Positions 1 through 15,789 of a DNA stretch of 64,000 bases are shown piece after piece (position 1 is the first letter of the stretch; each line of letters begins with the position of its first letter). The notes below the pieces were generated by a model that ran no database searches, was not told the origin of the DNA, and worked only from the letters and a program-made list of their open reading frames with translations. Source of the DNA: the human T2T-CHM13v2.0 reference genome, Homo sapiens; the NCBI RefSeq assembly GCF_009914755.1, contig NC_060945.1; one strand, 5' to 3'. A program made the position numbers and the translations under genes.

Positions 1-3000
1 GGAATGGAATGGAATGGAGTGGAATCAACCCGAGTGGAATGGAGTGGAATGGACTGTAATGGTCTGGAATGGAATGGAATGGAATGGAGTGGAATAAACA
101 CAAGTGGAATGGAATGGAATGGAATGGACCGGAATCAACCAGAGTGCAATGGAATGGAATAGAATGGAACGGAATGGAATGGAATGAAAAAAACACGAGT
201 GGAATGGAATGGAATGGAATGGAATGGAATTCAATGGAATGGAATGGACAGGAATGGAATGGAATGGAGTGGAATGGACTAGAATGGAATGGAAAGGAAT
301 GAAATCAACCCGATTGGAATGGAATGGAATGCAATGGAATGGAATGGAATCAACTGGAAAGGAATCAAATGGAACGGAATGGAATAGAATGGAATGGATT
401 GGAATGGAATGGAATGGATTCAACCCGAGTGGAATGGAATGGAATAGAATGGAATAAACACGAGTGGAATGGAATGGAATGGAATGGAATGGAATCAACT
501 CGAGTGGAATGAAATGTAATGTAATGGAATGGAATGGAATTGAATGGAATAAACACGAGTGGAATGGAATGGAATGGAATGGAATGGAATGGAATGGAAT
601 AGAATGGAGTCAATTCAAGTGCAATGGAATGGTATAAAATGGAATCGAATGGAATGGAATAAACCAGAGTGGAATGGAATGGAAAGGTATAGAATGGAAT
701 GGAATGGAATGGAATGGAACGGAATGGAATGGAATGGAATGGAATGTAACGGCATGGAATGGAATGGAATGGAATGGAATGGAATGGAATGGAATGGAAT
801 GGAACGGCATGCAATGGAATGGAATGGAGTGGAATAAACACGAGTGGAATGGAATGGAATGGAATGGACTGGAATGGAAAGGAATGGAAGAAAATGGAAT
901 GGAATCAACACGAGTGCAAAGGAATGGAATGGAAAGGAATGGAATGGAATGGAAAGGAATGGAATGCAATGGAATGCAGTGTTATGGAATGGAATCAACC
1001 CGAGTGGAATGGAATGGAATGGAATGGAATGGAGTGGAATGGAATGGAATGGAATGCAATGGAATGGACAGGAATGGAATGGAATGGAATGGAATGGAAT
1101 GGAATAGAATGGAATGGAATAGAGTGGAATGGACTAGAATGGAATGGAATGGAATGAACTCAACCCTATTGGAATGGAATGGAATGCAATGGAATGGAAT
1201 GGAATGGAATCAACTGGTAAGGAAACAAATGGAACAGAATGGAATAGAATGGAATGGATTGTAATGGAATGGAATGGAATCAAACCTAGTAGAATGGAAT
1301 GGAAAGAATGGAATGAACAGGAATGGAATGGAATGGAATGGAATTTAATGGAATGGAATGGAATTTAATAGAATGGAATGGAATGGAATGGAATGGAATG
1401 GAATGGAATGGAATCAACCCGAGTGGAGTGGAATGGAATGGAATGGAAATGAATGGAATAGAATGGAATGGAATGGAACGGAAAGGAATGGAATGAACCC
1501 GAGTGGAATAGAATGGAATGGAATGGAATGGAAAGGCACGGAATGGAATGGAATGGAATGGAATGGAATGGAATGGAATCAACCCGAGTGGAATGGAATG
1601 GAATGGAATCAAACTGAGTGGAATGGAATGGAATGGAATGCAATGGAATGTAATGCAGTGGAAGGCATTAGAATCAACTGGAATGGAATGCAGTGGAATG
1701 GAATGGAATCAACGCCAGTGGAATGGAATGGAATGGAATGGATAATAATAGAATGGAATGGAATAAATCCGGCTGGAATGGAATGGAATGGAATGCAATG
1801 GAATGAAATGGAATCAACTCGAGTGGATTGAAATGTAACGTAATGTAATGGAATGGAATGGAATGGAATGGAATGCAATGGAATGGAATCAATTCGAGTG
1901 CAATATAATGGTATAGAATGGAATGGAATAGAATGGAATGGAATGGAATGGAATCAACCAGAGTGGAATGGAATGGAATGGAATGGAATGGAATGGACTG
2001 TAACGGCATGGAATGCAATGGAATGGAGTGGAATCAACCCGAGTGGAATGGAATGGAATGGACTAACGGCATGGAACGGAATGGAATGGAGTGGAATCAA
2101 ACCGAGAGGAATGGAATGGAATGGAATGGAATGGAATGGAATGGAATGGAATAGAATGGAATCAATTCGAATGCAATGTAATGGTATAGAATGGAATGGA
2201 ATGGAATGGAATCAACCAGAGTGGAATGGAATGGAATGGAATGGAATGGAATGGAATAGAATGTAATGGAATGGAACGGAATGGAACGGAATGGAATGGA
2301 ATGGAATGGAATGGAATGGAATGGAATGGCATGGAATGGAATGGAATGGAGTGGAATCAACCCGAGTGGAATGGAGTGGAATGGACTGTAATGGCATGGA
2401 ATGGAATGGAATGGAGTGGAATAAACACAAGTGGAATGGAATGGAATGGAATGGACTACAATCAACCAGAGTGCAATGGAATGGAATAGAATGGAATGGA
2501 ATGGAATGGAATGAAATAAACACGAGTGGAATGGAATGGAATGGAATGGAAGAGAATGGAATGGAATCAACTCGAGTGGAAAGGAATGGAATGGAAAGGA
2601 ATGGAATGGAATGGAAAGGAATGGAATGCAATGGAATGCAGTGTTATGTAATGGAATCAACCCGAGTGGAATGGAATGGAATGGAATGGAATGGAATGGA
2701 ATGCAATGGAATGGACAGGAGTGGAATGGAATGGAATTCAATGGAATGGAATGGACAGGAATGGAATGGAATGGAATGGAATGGAGTGGAATGGACTAGA
2801 ATGGAATGGAATGGAATGAAATCAACCCGATTGGAATGGAATGGAATGCAATGGAATGGAATGGAATCAACTGGAAAGGAATCAAATGGAACGGAATGGA
2901 ATGGAATGGAATGGAATGGAATGGAATGGAATGGAATGGAATCAACCCTAGTGGAATGGAATGGAATGAAATCAAACTGAGTGGAATGGAAGGGAATGGA

Positions 3001-6000
3001 ATGCAATGGAATGTAATGGAGTGGAAGGCATTTGAATCAACTGGAATGGAATGGAAAGGAATGGAATGGAATGGAATCAACCCCAGTGGAATGGAATGGA
3101 ATGGAATGGATTATAATGGAATGGAATGGAATCAATCTGGGTGGAATGGAATGGAATGGAATGGATTATAATGGAATGGAATGGAATCAATCCGGGTGGA
3201 GTGGAATTGAATGGAATGGATTGGAATGGAATGGAATGGAATGGATTGGAATTCAATGTAATGGAAACAACCCGAGTGGAATGTAATGGAATGGAAAGGC
3301 CTGGAATGTAATGGAATGGATTGGAATCAACCGGATTCCAATGCAAAGGAATGGAATGGAATGGAATGGAAGGGAATGGAATGGAATGGAAAGGAATGGA
3401 ATGAACTGTAATGGAATGGAATGGAATGGAATTTAATGGAATGGAATGGAATCAACCCGAGTGGAGTGGAATGGAATGGAATGGAAATGAATGGAATAGA
3501 ATGGAATGGAATGGAACGGAACGGAATGGAAAGAACCCGAGTGGAATGGATTGTAATGGAAATGAATGGAATAGAAGGGAATGGAATGGAATGGAACGGA
3601 ATGGAACGAACCCGAGTGGAATGGATTGGAATGGAATGGAATGGAAAGGAACGGAATGGAATGGATTGGAATGGAATCAACCCGAGTGGAATGGAATGGA
3701 ATGCAATCAAACTGAGTGGAATGGAAGGGAATGGAATGCAATGGAATGTAATGGAGTGGAAGGCATTTGAATCAAATGGAATGGAATGGAATGGAATGGA
3801 ATGGAATCAACCCCAGTGGAATGGATTGGATGGGAATGGATTATAATGGAATGGAATGGAATCAATCCGAGTGGAATGGAATGGAATGGAATGGATTATA
3901 GTTGAATGGAATGGAATCAATCCTTGTGGAATGGAGTGGAATGGAATGGAATAGAAAGGAATGGAATTCAATGTAATGGAAACAAACCGAGTGGAATGTA
4001 ATGGAATGGAAAGGACTGGAATCTAATGGAATGTATTGGAATCAACCTGATTCCAATGCAACGGAATGGAATGGAATGGAATGCAATGGAAGGGAATGGA
4101 ATGGAATGGAAAAGAATGGAATAAACTGGAATTGAATGGAATGGAATGGAATTTAATGGAATGGAATGGAATGGAATGGAATGGAATGGAATCAACCCGA
4201 GTGAAGTGGAATGGAATGCAATGGAAATGAATGGAATGGAATGGAATGGAATGGAATCAACCCGAGTGGAGTGGAATGGAATGCAATGGAAATGAATGGA
4301 ATAGAATGGAATGGAATGCAACGGAACGGAATGGAATGAACCCGAGTGGAATGGAATGGAATAGAATGGAATGGAAAGGCACGAAATGGAATGGAATGGA
4401 ATGGAATGGAATGGAATGGAATGGAATCAACCCGAGTGGAATGGAATGGAATTGAATGGAATCAAACTGAGTGGAATGGAATGGAATGGAATGGAATGGA
4501 ATGGAATGGAGTGGAAGGCATTAGAATCACCTGGAATGGAATGGAATGGAATGGAATGGAATGGAATGGAATCAACCCGAGTGGAATGGAATGGAATGGA
4601 ATCAAACTGAGTGGAAAGGAATGGAATGGAATGGAATGGAATGGAATGGAATGGAATCAACCACAGTGGAATGGAATGGAATGGAACAGATTATAATAGA
4701 ATGGAATGGAATCAATCCGGGTGGAATGGAATGGAATGGAATGGAATGGAATGGAATGGAATGGAATCAACTCGAGTGGAATGAAATGTAACTTGATGGA
4801 ATGGAATGGAATGGAATGGAATGGAATGGAATGGAATGGAATACAATGGAATCAATTCGAGTGCCATGTAATGGTATAGAATGGAATGGAATGGAATGGA
4901 ATGAAATGGAATGGAATGGAATGGAATGGAATCATCCAGAGTGGAATGGAATGGAATGGAATGGAATGGAATGGAATATATTGGAATGGAATGGAATGGA
5001 ATGGAATGGAATATATTGGAATGGAATGCAACGGAATCAACTGGAATGGAATGGAATGGAATGGAATGGATTATAATGGAATGGAATGGAATCAATCCGG
5101 GTGGAATGGAATGGAATGGAATGGAATGGAATGGAATTCAATGTAATGGAAACAAACCGAGAGGAATGTAATGGAATGGAAAGGACTGGAATGTAATGGA
5201 ATGGATTGGAATCAAACCGATTCCAATGCAACGGAATGGAATGCAATGGAAAGGAAAGAAATCAACCCGAATGGAATGGATTGGAATAGAGTGGAGTGGA
5301 ATGGAATAGAATGGCATGGAATGCAATGAAATCAACTAGAATGGAATGGAATGGAATGGAATGAAAAGGAATGGAATGGAATGGAATGGAATGGAATGGA
5401 ATGGAAAGGAATGGAGTGGAATGGAATGCAATGGAATGAAATCAACCCGATTGGAATGGAATGGAATGCAATGGAATGGAATGGAATCAACTGGAAAGGA
5501 ATCAAATGGAACGGAATCGAATGGAATGGAATGGAATGGAATGGAATGGAATGGAACGGAACGGAATCAACCTCTCTGGAATGGAACGGAATGGAATGGA
5601 TTATAATGGAATGGAATGGAATCAATCCGGGTGGAATGGAATGGAATGCAATGGAATGGACAGGAATGGAATGGAATGGAATTCAATGGAATGGAATGGA
5701 CAGGAATGCAATGGAATGTAATGCAATGGAATGGAATGGAGTGGAATGGACTAGAATGGAATGGAATGGAATGAAATCAACCCGATTGGAATGGAATAGA
5801 ATGCAATGGAATGGAATGGAATCAACTGGAAAGGAATCAAATGGAACGGAATGGAATAGAATGGAATGGATTGGAATGGAAAGGAATGGATTCAACCCGA
5901 GTGGAATGGAATGGAATAGAACGGAATAAACACGAGTGGAATGGAATGGAATGGAATGGAATGGAATGGAATGGAATCAACTCGAGTGGAATGAAATGTA

Positions 6001-6199
6001 ATGTAATGGAATGGAATGGAATTGAATGGAATAAACACGAGTGGAATGGAATGGAATGGAATGGAATAGAATGGAGTCAATTCAAGTGCAATGGAATGGT
6101 ATACAATGGAATCGAATGGAATGGAATCAACCAGAGTGGAATGGAATGGAAAGGAATGGAATGGAATGGAACGGAACGGAATGGAATGGAATGGAATGG

Positions 6200-9100
6200 A
6201 ATGGAACGGCATGGAATGGAATGGAATGGAATGGAATGGAATGGAATAGAATATAACGGCATGCAATGGAATGGAATGGAGTGGATTCAACCCGAGTGGA
6301 ATGGAGTGGATTGAACTGTAACGGCATGGAATGGAATGGAATGGAGTGGAATAAACAAGAGTGGAATGGAATGGAATAGAATGGAATGGAATGGAATGGA
6401 GTGAAATAAACTCGAGTGGAATGGAATGGAATGGAATAGAATGGAATGGAATGGAAAGGAATGGAAGAGAATGGAATGGAATCAACTCGAGTGGAAAGGA
6501 ATGGAATGGAAAGGAATGGAATGGAATGGAAAGGAATGGAATGCAATGAAATGCAGTGTTATGGAATGGAATCAACCCGAGTGGAATGGAATGGAATGGA
6601 ATGGAATGGAATGGAATGGAATGGACAGGAATGGAATGGAATGGAATGGAATGGAATGGAATGGAATGGAATGGAATGGAGTGGAATGGACTAGAATGGA
6701 ATGGAATGGAATGAAAACAACCCGATGGGAATGGAATGGAATGCAATGGAATGGAATGGAATCAACTGGAAAGGAATCAAATGGAACGGAATGGAATTGA
6801 ATGGAATGGATTGGAATGGAATGGAATGGAATCAAACCTAGTAGAATGGAATGGAAAGAATGGAATGTACAGGAATGGAATGGAATGGAATGGAATTTAA
6901 TGGAATGGAATGGAATGGAATGGAATTTAATAGAATGGAATGGAATGGAATGGAACAGAATGGAATGGAATCAACCCGATTGGAGTCAAATGAAATGGAA
7001 TGGAAATGAATGGAATAGAATGGAATGGAATGGAACGGAAAGGAATGGCATGAACCCGAGTGGAATGGAATGGAATGGAATGGAATGGAATGGAATGGAA
7101 TGGAATGGAATCGAAAGGCACGGAATGGAATGGAATGGAATGGAATGGAATGGAATCAACCCGAGTGGAATGGAATGGAATGGAATCAAACTGAGTGGAA
7201 TGGAATGGAATGGAATGCAATGGAATGTAATGGAGTGGAAGGCATTAGAATCAACTGGAATGGAATGGAGTGGAATGGAATGGAATCAACGCCAGTGGAA
7301 CGGAATGGAATGGAATGGAATGGATAATAATGGAATGGAATGGAATCAATCCGGGTGGAATGGAATGGAATGGAATGCAATGGAATGGAATGGAATCAAC
7401 TCGAGTGGAATGAAATGTAACGTAATGTAATGTAATGGAATGGAATGGAATGGAATAGAATGGAATCAATTTGAGTGTAATATAACGGTATAGAATGGAA
7501 TGGAATGGAATGGAATCGAATGGAATCAACTAGAGTGGAAACGAATGGAAAGGAATGGAATGGAATGGAATGGAGTGTAATGGAATGGAATGGAATGGAA
7601 TGGAATGGAATGGAATGGAATGGCATGGAATGGAATGGAGTGGAATCAACCAGAGTGGAATGGAGTGCAATGGACTGTAACGGCATGGAATGGAATGGAA
7701 TGGAGTGGAATAAACACGAGTGGAATGGAATGGAATGGAATGGACTGGAATGGAATGGAATGTAATCAACCCGAGTGCAATGGAATGGAATAGAATGGAA
7801 TGAAACAAACACGAGTGGAAAGGAATGGAATGGAATGGAATGGAATGGAAGAGAATGGAATGGAATCAACTCGAGTGGAAAGGAATGGAATGGAAAGGAA
7901 TGGAATGGAATGGAAAGGAATGGAATGCAATGGAATGCAATGTTATGGAATGGAATCAACCCGAGTTGAATGGAATGTAATGGAATGGAATGCAATGGAA
8001 TGGAATGGAATCAACTCGAGTGGAATGAAATGTAATGTAATGTAATGGAATGGAATGGAATGGAATGGAATGGAATAGAATGGAATCATTTCGAATGCAA
8101 TGTAATGGTATAGAATGGAATGGAATGGAATGGAATCAACCAGAGTGGAATGGAATGGAAAGGAATGGAATGGAATGGAATGGAATGGAATGTAACGGCA
8201 TGGAATGGAATGGAATGGAGTGGAATCAACCCGAGTGGAATGGAGTGGAATGGACTGTAATGGAATGGAATGGAATAGAGTGGAATAAACACAAGTGGAA
8301 AGGAATGGAATGGAATCAAACTGAGTGGAATGGAATGGAATGGAAAGCAATGGAATGTAATGCAGTGGAAGGCATTAGAATCAACTGGAATGGAATGGAG
8401 TGGAATGGAATGTAATCAACGCCAGTGGAATGGATTTTAATAGAATGGATAATAATGGAATGGAAGGGAATCAATCCGGGTGGAATGGAATGGAATGGAA
8501 TGCAATGGAATGAAATGAAATCAACTCGAGTGGAATGAAATGTAACGTAATGTAATGGAATGGAATGGAATGGAATGGAATAGAATGGAATCAATTCGAG
8601 TGCAATATAATGGTATAGAATGGAATGGAATGGAATGGAATGGAATGTAACGGCATGGAATGGAATGGAATGGAATGGAATGGAATGGCATGCAATGGAA
8701 TGGAATGGAGTGGAATAAACACGAGTGGAATGGAATGGAATAGAATGGACTGGAATGGAAAGGAATGGAAGAGAATGGAATGGAATCAATACGAGTGGAA
8801 AGGAATGGAATGGAAAGGAATGGAGTGGAATGGAAAGGAATGTAATGCAATGGAATGCAGTGTTATGGAATGGAATCAACCCGAGTGGAATGGAATGGAA
8901 TGGAATGGAATGGAGTGGAATGGAATGGAATGGAATGCAATGGAATGGACAGGAATGGAATGGAATGGAATGGAACGGAATGGAATGGAATGGAATGGAG
9001 TGGAATGGACTAGAATGGAATGGAATGGAAGGAAATCAACCCTATTGGAATGGAATGGAATGCAATGGAATGGAATGGAATCAACTGGTAAGGAAACAAA

Positions 9101-12100
9101 TGGAACAGAATGGAATAGAATGGAATGGATTGTAATGGAATGGAATGGAATCAAACCTAGTAGAATGGAATGGAAAGAATGGAATGAACAGGAATGGAAT
9201 GGAATGGAATGGAATTTAATGGAATGGAATGGAATTTAATAGAATGGAATGGAATGGAATGGAATGGAATGGAATGGAATGGAATGGAATCAACACGAGT
9301 GGAGTGGAATGGAATGGAATGGAAATGAATGGAATAGAATGGAATGGAATGGAACGGAAAGGAATGGAATGAACCCGAGTGGAATGGAATGGAATGGAAT
9401 GGAATGGAATGGAATGGAAAGGCACGGAATGGAATGGAATGGAATGGAATGGAATGGAATGGAATGGAATGGAATCAACCCGAGTGGAATGGAATGGAAT
9501 GGAATCAAACTGAGTGGAATGGAATGGAATGGAATGCAATGGAATGTAATGCAGTGGAAGGCATTAGAATCAACTGGAATGGAATGCAGTGGAATGGAAT
9601 GGAATCAACGCCAGTGGAATGGAATGGAATGGAATGGAATGGATAATAATAGAATGGAATGGAATAAATCCGGCTGGAATGGAATGGAATGGAATGCAAT
9701 GGAATGAAATGGAATCAACTCGAGTGGAATGAAATGTAACGTAATGTAATGGAATGGAATGGAATGGAATGGAATAGAATGGAATCAATTCGAGTGCAAT
9801 ATAATGGTATAGAATGGAATGGAATAGAATGGAATGGAATGGAATGGAATCAACCAGAGTGGAATGGAATGGAATGGAATGGAATGGAATGGAATGGAAT
9901 GGAATGGAACGGCATGGAATGGAATGGAATGGAATGGAATGGAATGGAATGGAATATAACGGCATGCAATGGAATGGAATGGAGTGGATTCAACCCGAGT
10001 GGAATGGAGTGGATTGGACTGTAACGGCATGGAATGGAATGGAATGGAGTGGAATAAACACGAGTAGAATGGAATGGAATAGAATGGAATGGAATGGAAT
10101 GGAGTGAAATAAACTCGAGTGGAATGGAATGGAATGGAATAGAATGGAATGGAATGGAAAGGAATGGAAGAGAATGGAATGGAATCAACTCGAGTGGAAA
10201 GGAATGGAATGGAAAGGAATGGAATGGAATGGAAAGGAATGGAATGCAATGGAATGCAGTGTTATGGAATGGAATCAACCCGAGTGGAATGGAATGGAAT
10301 GGAATGGAATGGAATGGACAGGAATGGAATGGAATGGAATGGAATGGAATGGAATGGAATGGAATGGAATGCAATGGAGTGGAATGGACTAGAATGGAAT
10401 GGAATGGAATGAAATCAACCCGATGGGAATGGAATGGAATGCAATGGAATGGAATGGAATCAACTGGAAAGGAATCAAATGGAACGGAATGGAATTGAAT
10501 GGAATGGATTGGAATGGAATGGAATGGAATCAAACCTAGTAGAATGGAATGGAAAGAATGGAATGTACAGGAATGGAATGGAATGGAATGGAATTTAATG
10601 GAATGGAATGGAATGGAATGGAATTTAATAGAATGGAATGGAATGGAATGGAATGGAATGGAATGGAATGGAATCAACCCGATTGGAGTCAAATGAAATG
10701 GAATGGAAATGAATGGAATAGAATGGAATGGAATGGAACGGAAAGGAATGGCATGAACCCGAGTGGAATGGAATGGAATGGAATGGAATGGAATGGAATG
10801 GAATGGAATGGAATCGAAAGGCACGGAATGGAATGGAATGGAATGGAATGGAATGGAATCAACCCGAATGGAATGGAAAGGAATGGAATCAAACTGAGTG
10901 GAATGGAATGGAATGGAATGCAATGGAATGTAATGGAGTGGAAGGCATTAGAATCAACTGGAATGGAATGGAGTGGAATTGAATGGAATCAACGCCAGTT
11001 GAATGGAATGGAATGGAATGGAATGGATAATAATGGAATGGAATGGAATCAATCCGGGTGGAATGGAATGGAATGGAATGCAATGGAATGGAATGGAATC
11101 AACTCGAGTGGAATGAAATGAAATGTAACGTAATGTAATGTAATGTAATGGAATGGAATGGAATAGAATGGAATCAATTCGAGTGTAATATAACGGTATA
11201 GAATGGAATGGAATGGAATGGAATCAACTAGAGTGGAAACGAATGGAAAGGAATGGAATGGAATGGAATGGAGTGTAATGGAATGGAATGGAATGGAATG
11301 GAATGGAATGGCATGGAATGGAATGGAATGGAATGGAGTGGAATCAACCAGAGTGGAATGGAGTGCAATGGACTGTAACGGCATGGAATGGAATGGAATG
11401 GAGTGGAATAAACACGAGTGGAATGGAATGGAATGGAATGGACTGGAATGGAATGGAATGGAATCAACACGAGTGAAATGGAATGGAATAGAATGGAATG
11501 AAATAAACACGAGTGGAAAGGAACGGAATGGAATGGAATGGAAGAGAATGGAATGGAATCAACTCGAGTGGAAAGGAATGGAATGGAAAGGAATGGAATG
11601 GAATGGAATGGAAAGGAATGGAATGCAATGGAATGCAATGTTATGGAATGGAATCAACCCGAGTTGAATGGAATGGAATGGAATGGAATGCAATGGAATG
11701 GAATGGAATCAACTCGAGTGGAATGAAATGTAATGTAATGTAATGTAATGGAATGGAATGGAATGGAATGGAATAGAATGGAATCACTTCGAATGCAATG
11801 TAATGGTATAGAATGGAATGGAATGGAATGGAATCAACCAGAGTGGAATGGAATGGAAAGCAATGGAAAGGAATGGAATGGAATGGAATGTAACGGCATG
11901 GAATGGAATGGAATGGAGTGGAATCAACCCGAGTGGAATGGAGTGGAATGGACTGTAATGGAATGGAATGGAATGGAGTGGAATAAACACAAGTGGAAAG
12001 GAATGGAATGGAATCAAACTGAGTGGAATGGAATGGAATGGAAAGCAATGGAATGTAATGCAGTGGAAGGCATTAGAATCAACTGGAATGGAATGGAGTG

Positions 12101-12330
12101 GAATGGAATGGAATCAACGCCAGTGGAATGGATTGGAATGGAATGGATAATAATGGAATGGAAGGGAATCAATCCGGGTGGAATGGAATGGAATGGAATG
12201 CAATGGAATGAAATGGAATAAACTCGAGTGGAATGAAATGTAACGTAATGTAATGTAATGGAATGGAATGGAATGGAATAGAATGGAATCAATTCGAGTG
12301 CAATATAATGGTATAGAATGGAATGGAATG
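6200..12330 (+). repeat. Pair of ~2.4 kb paralogous HSat3 segments (~6200-8630 and ~9900-12330), offset ~3.70 kb
   Basis: Shared rare landmarks at near-constant offset: ATATAACGGC 6251/9954, CAAACCTAG 6833/10531, TCA(T/C)TTCGAATGC ~8085/~11784, CAATATAATG 8603/12301. Confidence 0.75.
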
Positions 12331-14753
12331 GAATGGAATGGAATGGAATCAACCAGAGTGGAATGGAATGGAAAGGAATGGAATGGAATGGAATGGAAAG
12401 GAATGGAATGCAATGGAATGCAATGTTATGGAATGGAATCAACCCGAGTTGAATGGAATGGAATGGAATGGAATGCAATGGAATGGAATGGAATCAACTC
12501 GAGTGGAATGAAATGTAATGTAATGTAATGTAATGGAATGGAATGGAATGGAATGGAATAGAATGGAATCACTTCGAATGCAATGTAATGGTATAGAATG
12601 GAATGGAATGGAATGGAATCAACCAGAGTGGAATGGAATGGAAAGCAATGGAAAGGAATGGAATGGAATGGAATGTAACGGCATGGAATGGAATGGAATG
12701 GAGTGGAATCAACCCGAGTGGAATGGAGTGGAATGGACTGTAATGGAATGGAATGGAATGGAGTGGAATAAACACAAGTGGAAAGGAATGGAATGGAATC
12801 AAACTGAGTGGAATGGAATGGAATGGAAAGCAATGGAATGTAATGCAGTGGAAGGCATTAGAATCAACTGGAATGGAATGGAGTGGAATGGAATGGAATC
12901 AACGCCAGTGGAATGGATTGGAATGGAATGGATAATAATGGAATGGAAGGGAATCAATCCGGGTGGAATGGAATGGAATGGAATGCAATGGAATGAAATG
13001 GAATAAACTCGAGTGGAATGAAATGTAACGTAATGTAATGTAATGGAATGGAATGGAATGGAATAGAATGGAATCAATTCGAGTGCAATATAATGGTATA
13101 GAATGGAATGGAATGGAATGGAATGGAATGGAATCAACCAGAGTGGAATGGAATGGAAAGGAATGGAATGGAATGGAATGGAAAGGAATGGAATGCAATG
13201 GAATGCAATGTTATGGAATGGAATCAACCCGAGTTGAATGGAATGGAATGGAATGGAATGCAATGGAATGGAATGGAATCAACTCGAGTGGAATGAAATG
13301 TAATGTAATGTAATGTAATGGAATGGAATGGAATGGAATGGAATAGAATGGAATCACTTCGAATGCAATGTAATGGTATAGAATGGAATGGAATGGAATG
13401 GAATCAACCAGAGTGGAATGGAATGGAAAGCAATGGAAAGGAATGGAATGGAATGGAATGTAACGGCATGGAATGGAATGGAATGGAGTGGAATCAACCC
13501 GAGTGGAATGGAGTGGAATGGACTGTAATGGAATGGAATGGAATGGAGTGGAATAAACACAAGTGGAAAGGAATGGAATGGAATCAAACTGAGTGGAATG
13601 GAATGGAATGGAAAGCAATGGAATGTAATGCAGTGGAAGGCATTAGAATCAACTGGAATGGAATGGAGTGGAATGGAATGGAATCAACGCCAGTGGAATG
13701 GATTGGAATGGAATGGATAATAATGGAATGGAAGGGAATCAATCCGGGTGGAATGGAATGGAATGGAATGCAATGGAATGAAATGGAATAAACTCGAGTG
13801 GAATGAAATGTAACGTAATGTAATGTAATGGAATGGAATGGAATGGAATAGAATGGAATCAATTCGAGTGCAATATAATGGTATAGAATGGAATGGAATG
13901 GAATGGAATGGAATGGAATCAACCAGAGTGGAATGGAATGGAAAGGAATGGAATGGAATGGAATGGAAAGGAATGGAATGCAATGGAATGCAATGTTATG
14001 GAATGGAATCAACCCGAGTTGAATGGAATGGAATGGAATGGAATGCAATGGAATGGAATGGAATCAACTCGAGTGGAATGAAATGTAATGTAATGTAATG
14101 TAATGGAATGGAATGGAATGGAATGGAATAGAATGGAATCACTTCGAATGCAATGTAATGGTATAGAATGGAATGGAATGGAATGGAATCAACCAGAGTG
14201 GAATGGAATGGAAAGCAATGGAAAGGAATGGAATGGAATGGAATGTAACGGCATGGAATGGAATGGAATGGAGTGGAATCAACCCGAGTGGAATGGAGTG
14301 GAATGGACTGTAATGGAATGGAATGGAATGGAGTGGAATAAACACAAGTGGAAAGGAATGGAATGGAATCAAACTGAGTGGAATGGAATGGAATGGAAAG
14401 CAATGGAATGTAATGCAGTGGAAGGCATTAGAATCAACTGGAATGGAATGGAGTGGAATGGAATGGAATCAAAGCCAGTGGAATGGATTGGAATGGAATG
14501 GATAATAATGGAATGGAAGGGAATCAATCCGGGTGGAATGGAATGGAATGGAATGCAATGGAATGAAATGGAATAAACTCGAGTGGAATGAAATGTAACG
14601 TAATGTAATGGAATGGAATGGAATGGAATGGAATAGAATGGAATCAATTCGAGTGCAATATAATGGTATAGAATGGAATGGAATGGAATGGAATGGAATG
14701 GAATCAACCAGAGTGGAATGGAATGGAAAGGAATGGAATGGAATGGAATGGAA
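11575..14753 (+). repeat. Near-perfect tandem repeat of a 785-bp unit (157 pentamers), ~4.05 copies, nested in HSat3
   Basis: Marker GAGTTG at 11661, 12446, 13231 and 14016, exactly 785 apart. The ORF track repeats at the same period (11748/12533/13318/14103 and 11641/12426/13211/13996). The only differences I saw are in copy 4 (AAAGCC vs AACGCC ~14473; G vs T ~14611). Confidence 0.95.
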
Positions 14754-15789
14754 TGGAATGGAATGGAATGGAACGGCATGGAATGGAATGGAATGGAGTG
14801 GAATCAACCCGAGTGGAATGGAGTGGAATGGACTGTAATGGCATGGAATGGAATGGAATGGAATGGAGTGGAATAAACACAAGTGGAATGGAATGGAATG
14901 GAATGGACTGGAATCTACCAGAGTGCAATGGAATGGAATAGAATGGAATGGAATTGAATGGAATGAAATAAACACGAGCGGAATGGAATGGAATGGAATG
15001 GAATGGAGTGGAATGGACTAGAATGGAATGGAATGGAATGAAATCAACCCGATTGGAATGGAATGGAATGCAATGGAATGGAATGGAATCAATTGGAAAG
15101 GAATCAAATGGAACGGAATGGAATGGAATGGAATGGAATGGAATGGAATGGAATGGAACGGAATGGAATCAACCTCTGTGGAATGGAATGGAATGGAATG
15201 GATTATAATGGAATGGAATGGAATCAATCCGGGTGGAATGGAATGGAATGGAACGGAATGGAATGCAATGGAATGGACAGGAATGGAATGGAATGGAATT
15301 CAATGGAATGGAATGGACAGGAATGCAATGGAATGTAATGGAATGGAATGGAATGGAGTGGAATGGACTAGAATGGAATGGAATGGAATGAAATCAACCC
15401 GATTGGAATGGAATGGAATGCAATGGAATGGAATGGAATCAACTGGAAAAGAATCAAATGGAACGGAATGGAATAGAATGGAATGGATTGGAATGGAAGG
15501 GAATGGATTCAACCCGAGTGGAATGGAATGGAATAGAACGGAATAAACACGAGTGGAATGGAATGGAATGGAATGGAATGGAATGGAATGGAATGGAATC
15601 AACTCGAGTGGAATGAAATGTAATGTAATGGAATGGAATGGAAGTGAATGGAATAAACACGAGTGGAATGGAATGGAATGGAATGGAATAGAATGGAGTC
15701 AATTCAAGTGCAATGGAATGGTATACAATGGAATCGAATGGAATGGAATCAACCAGAGTGGAATGGAATGGAAAGGAATGGAATGGAAT

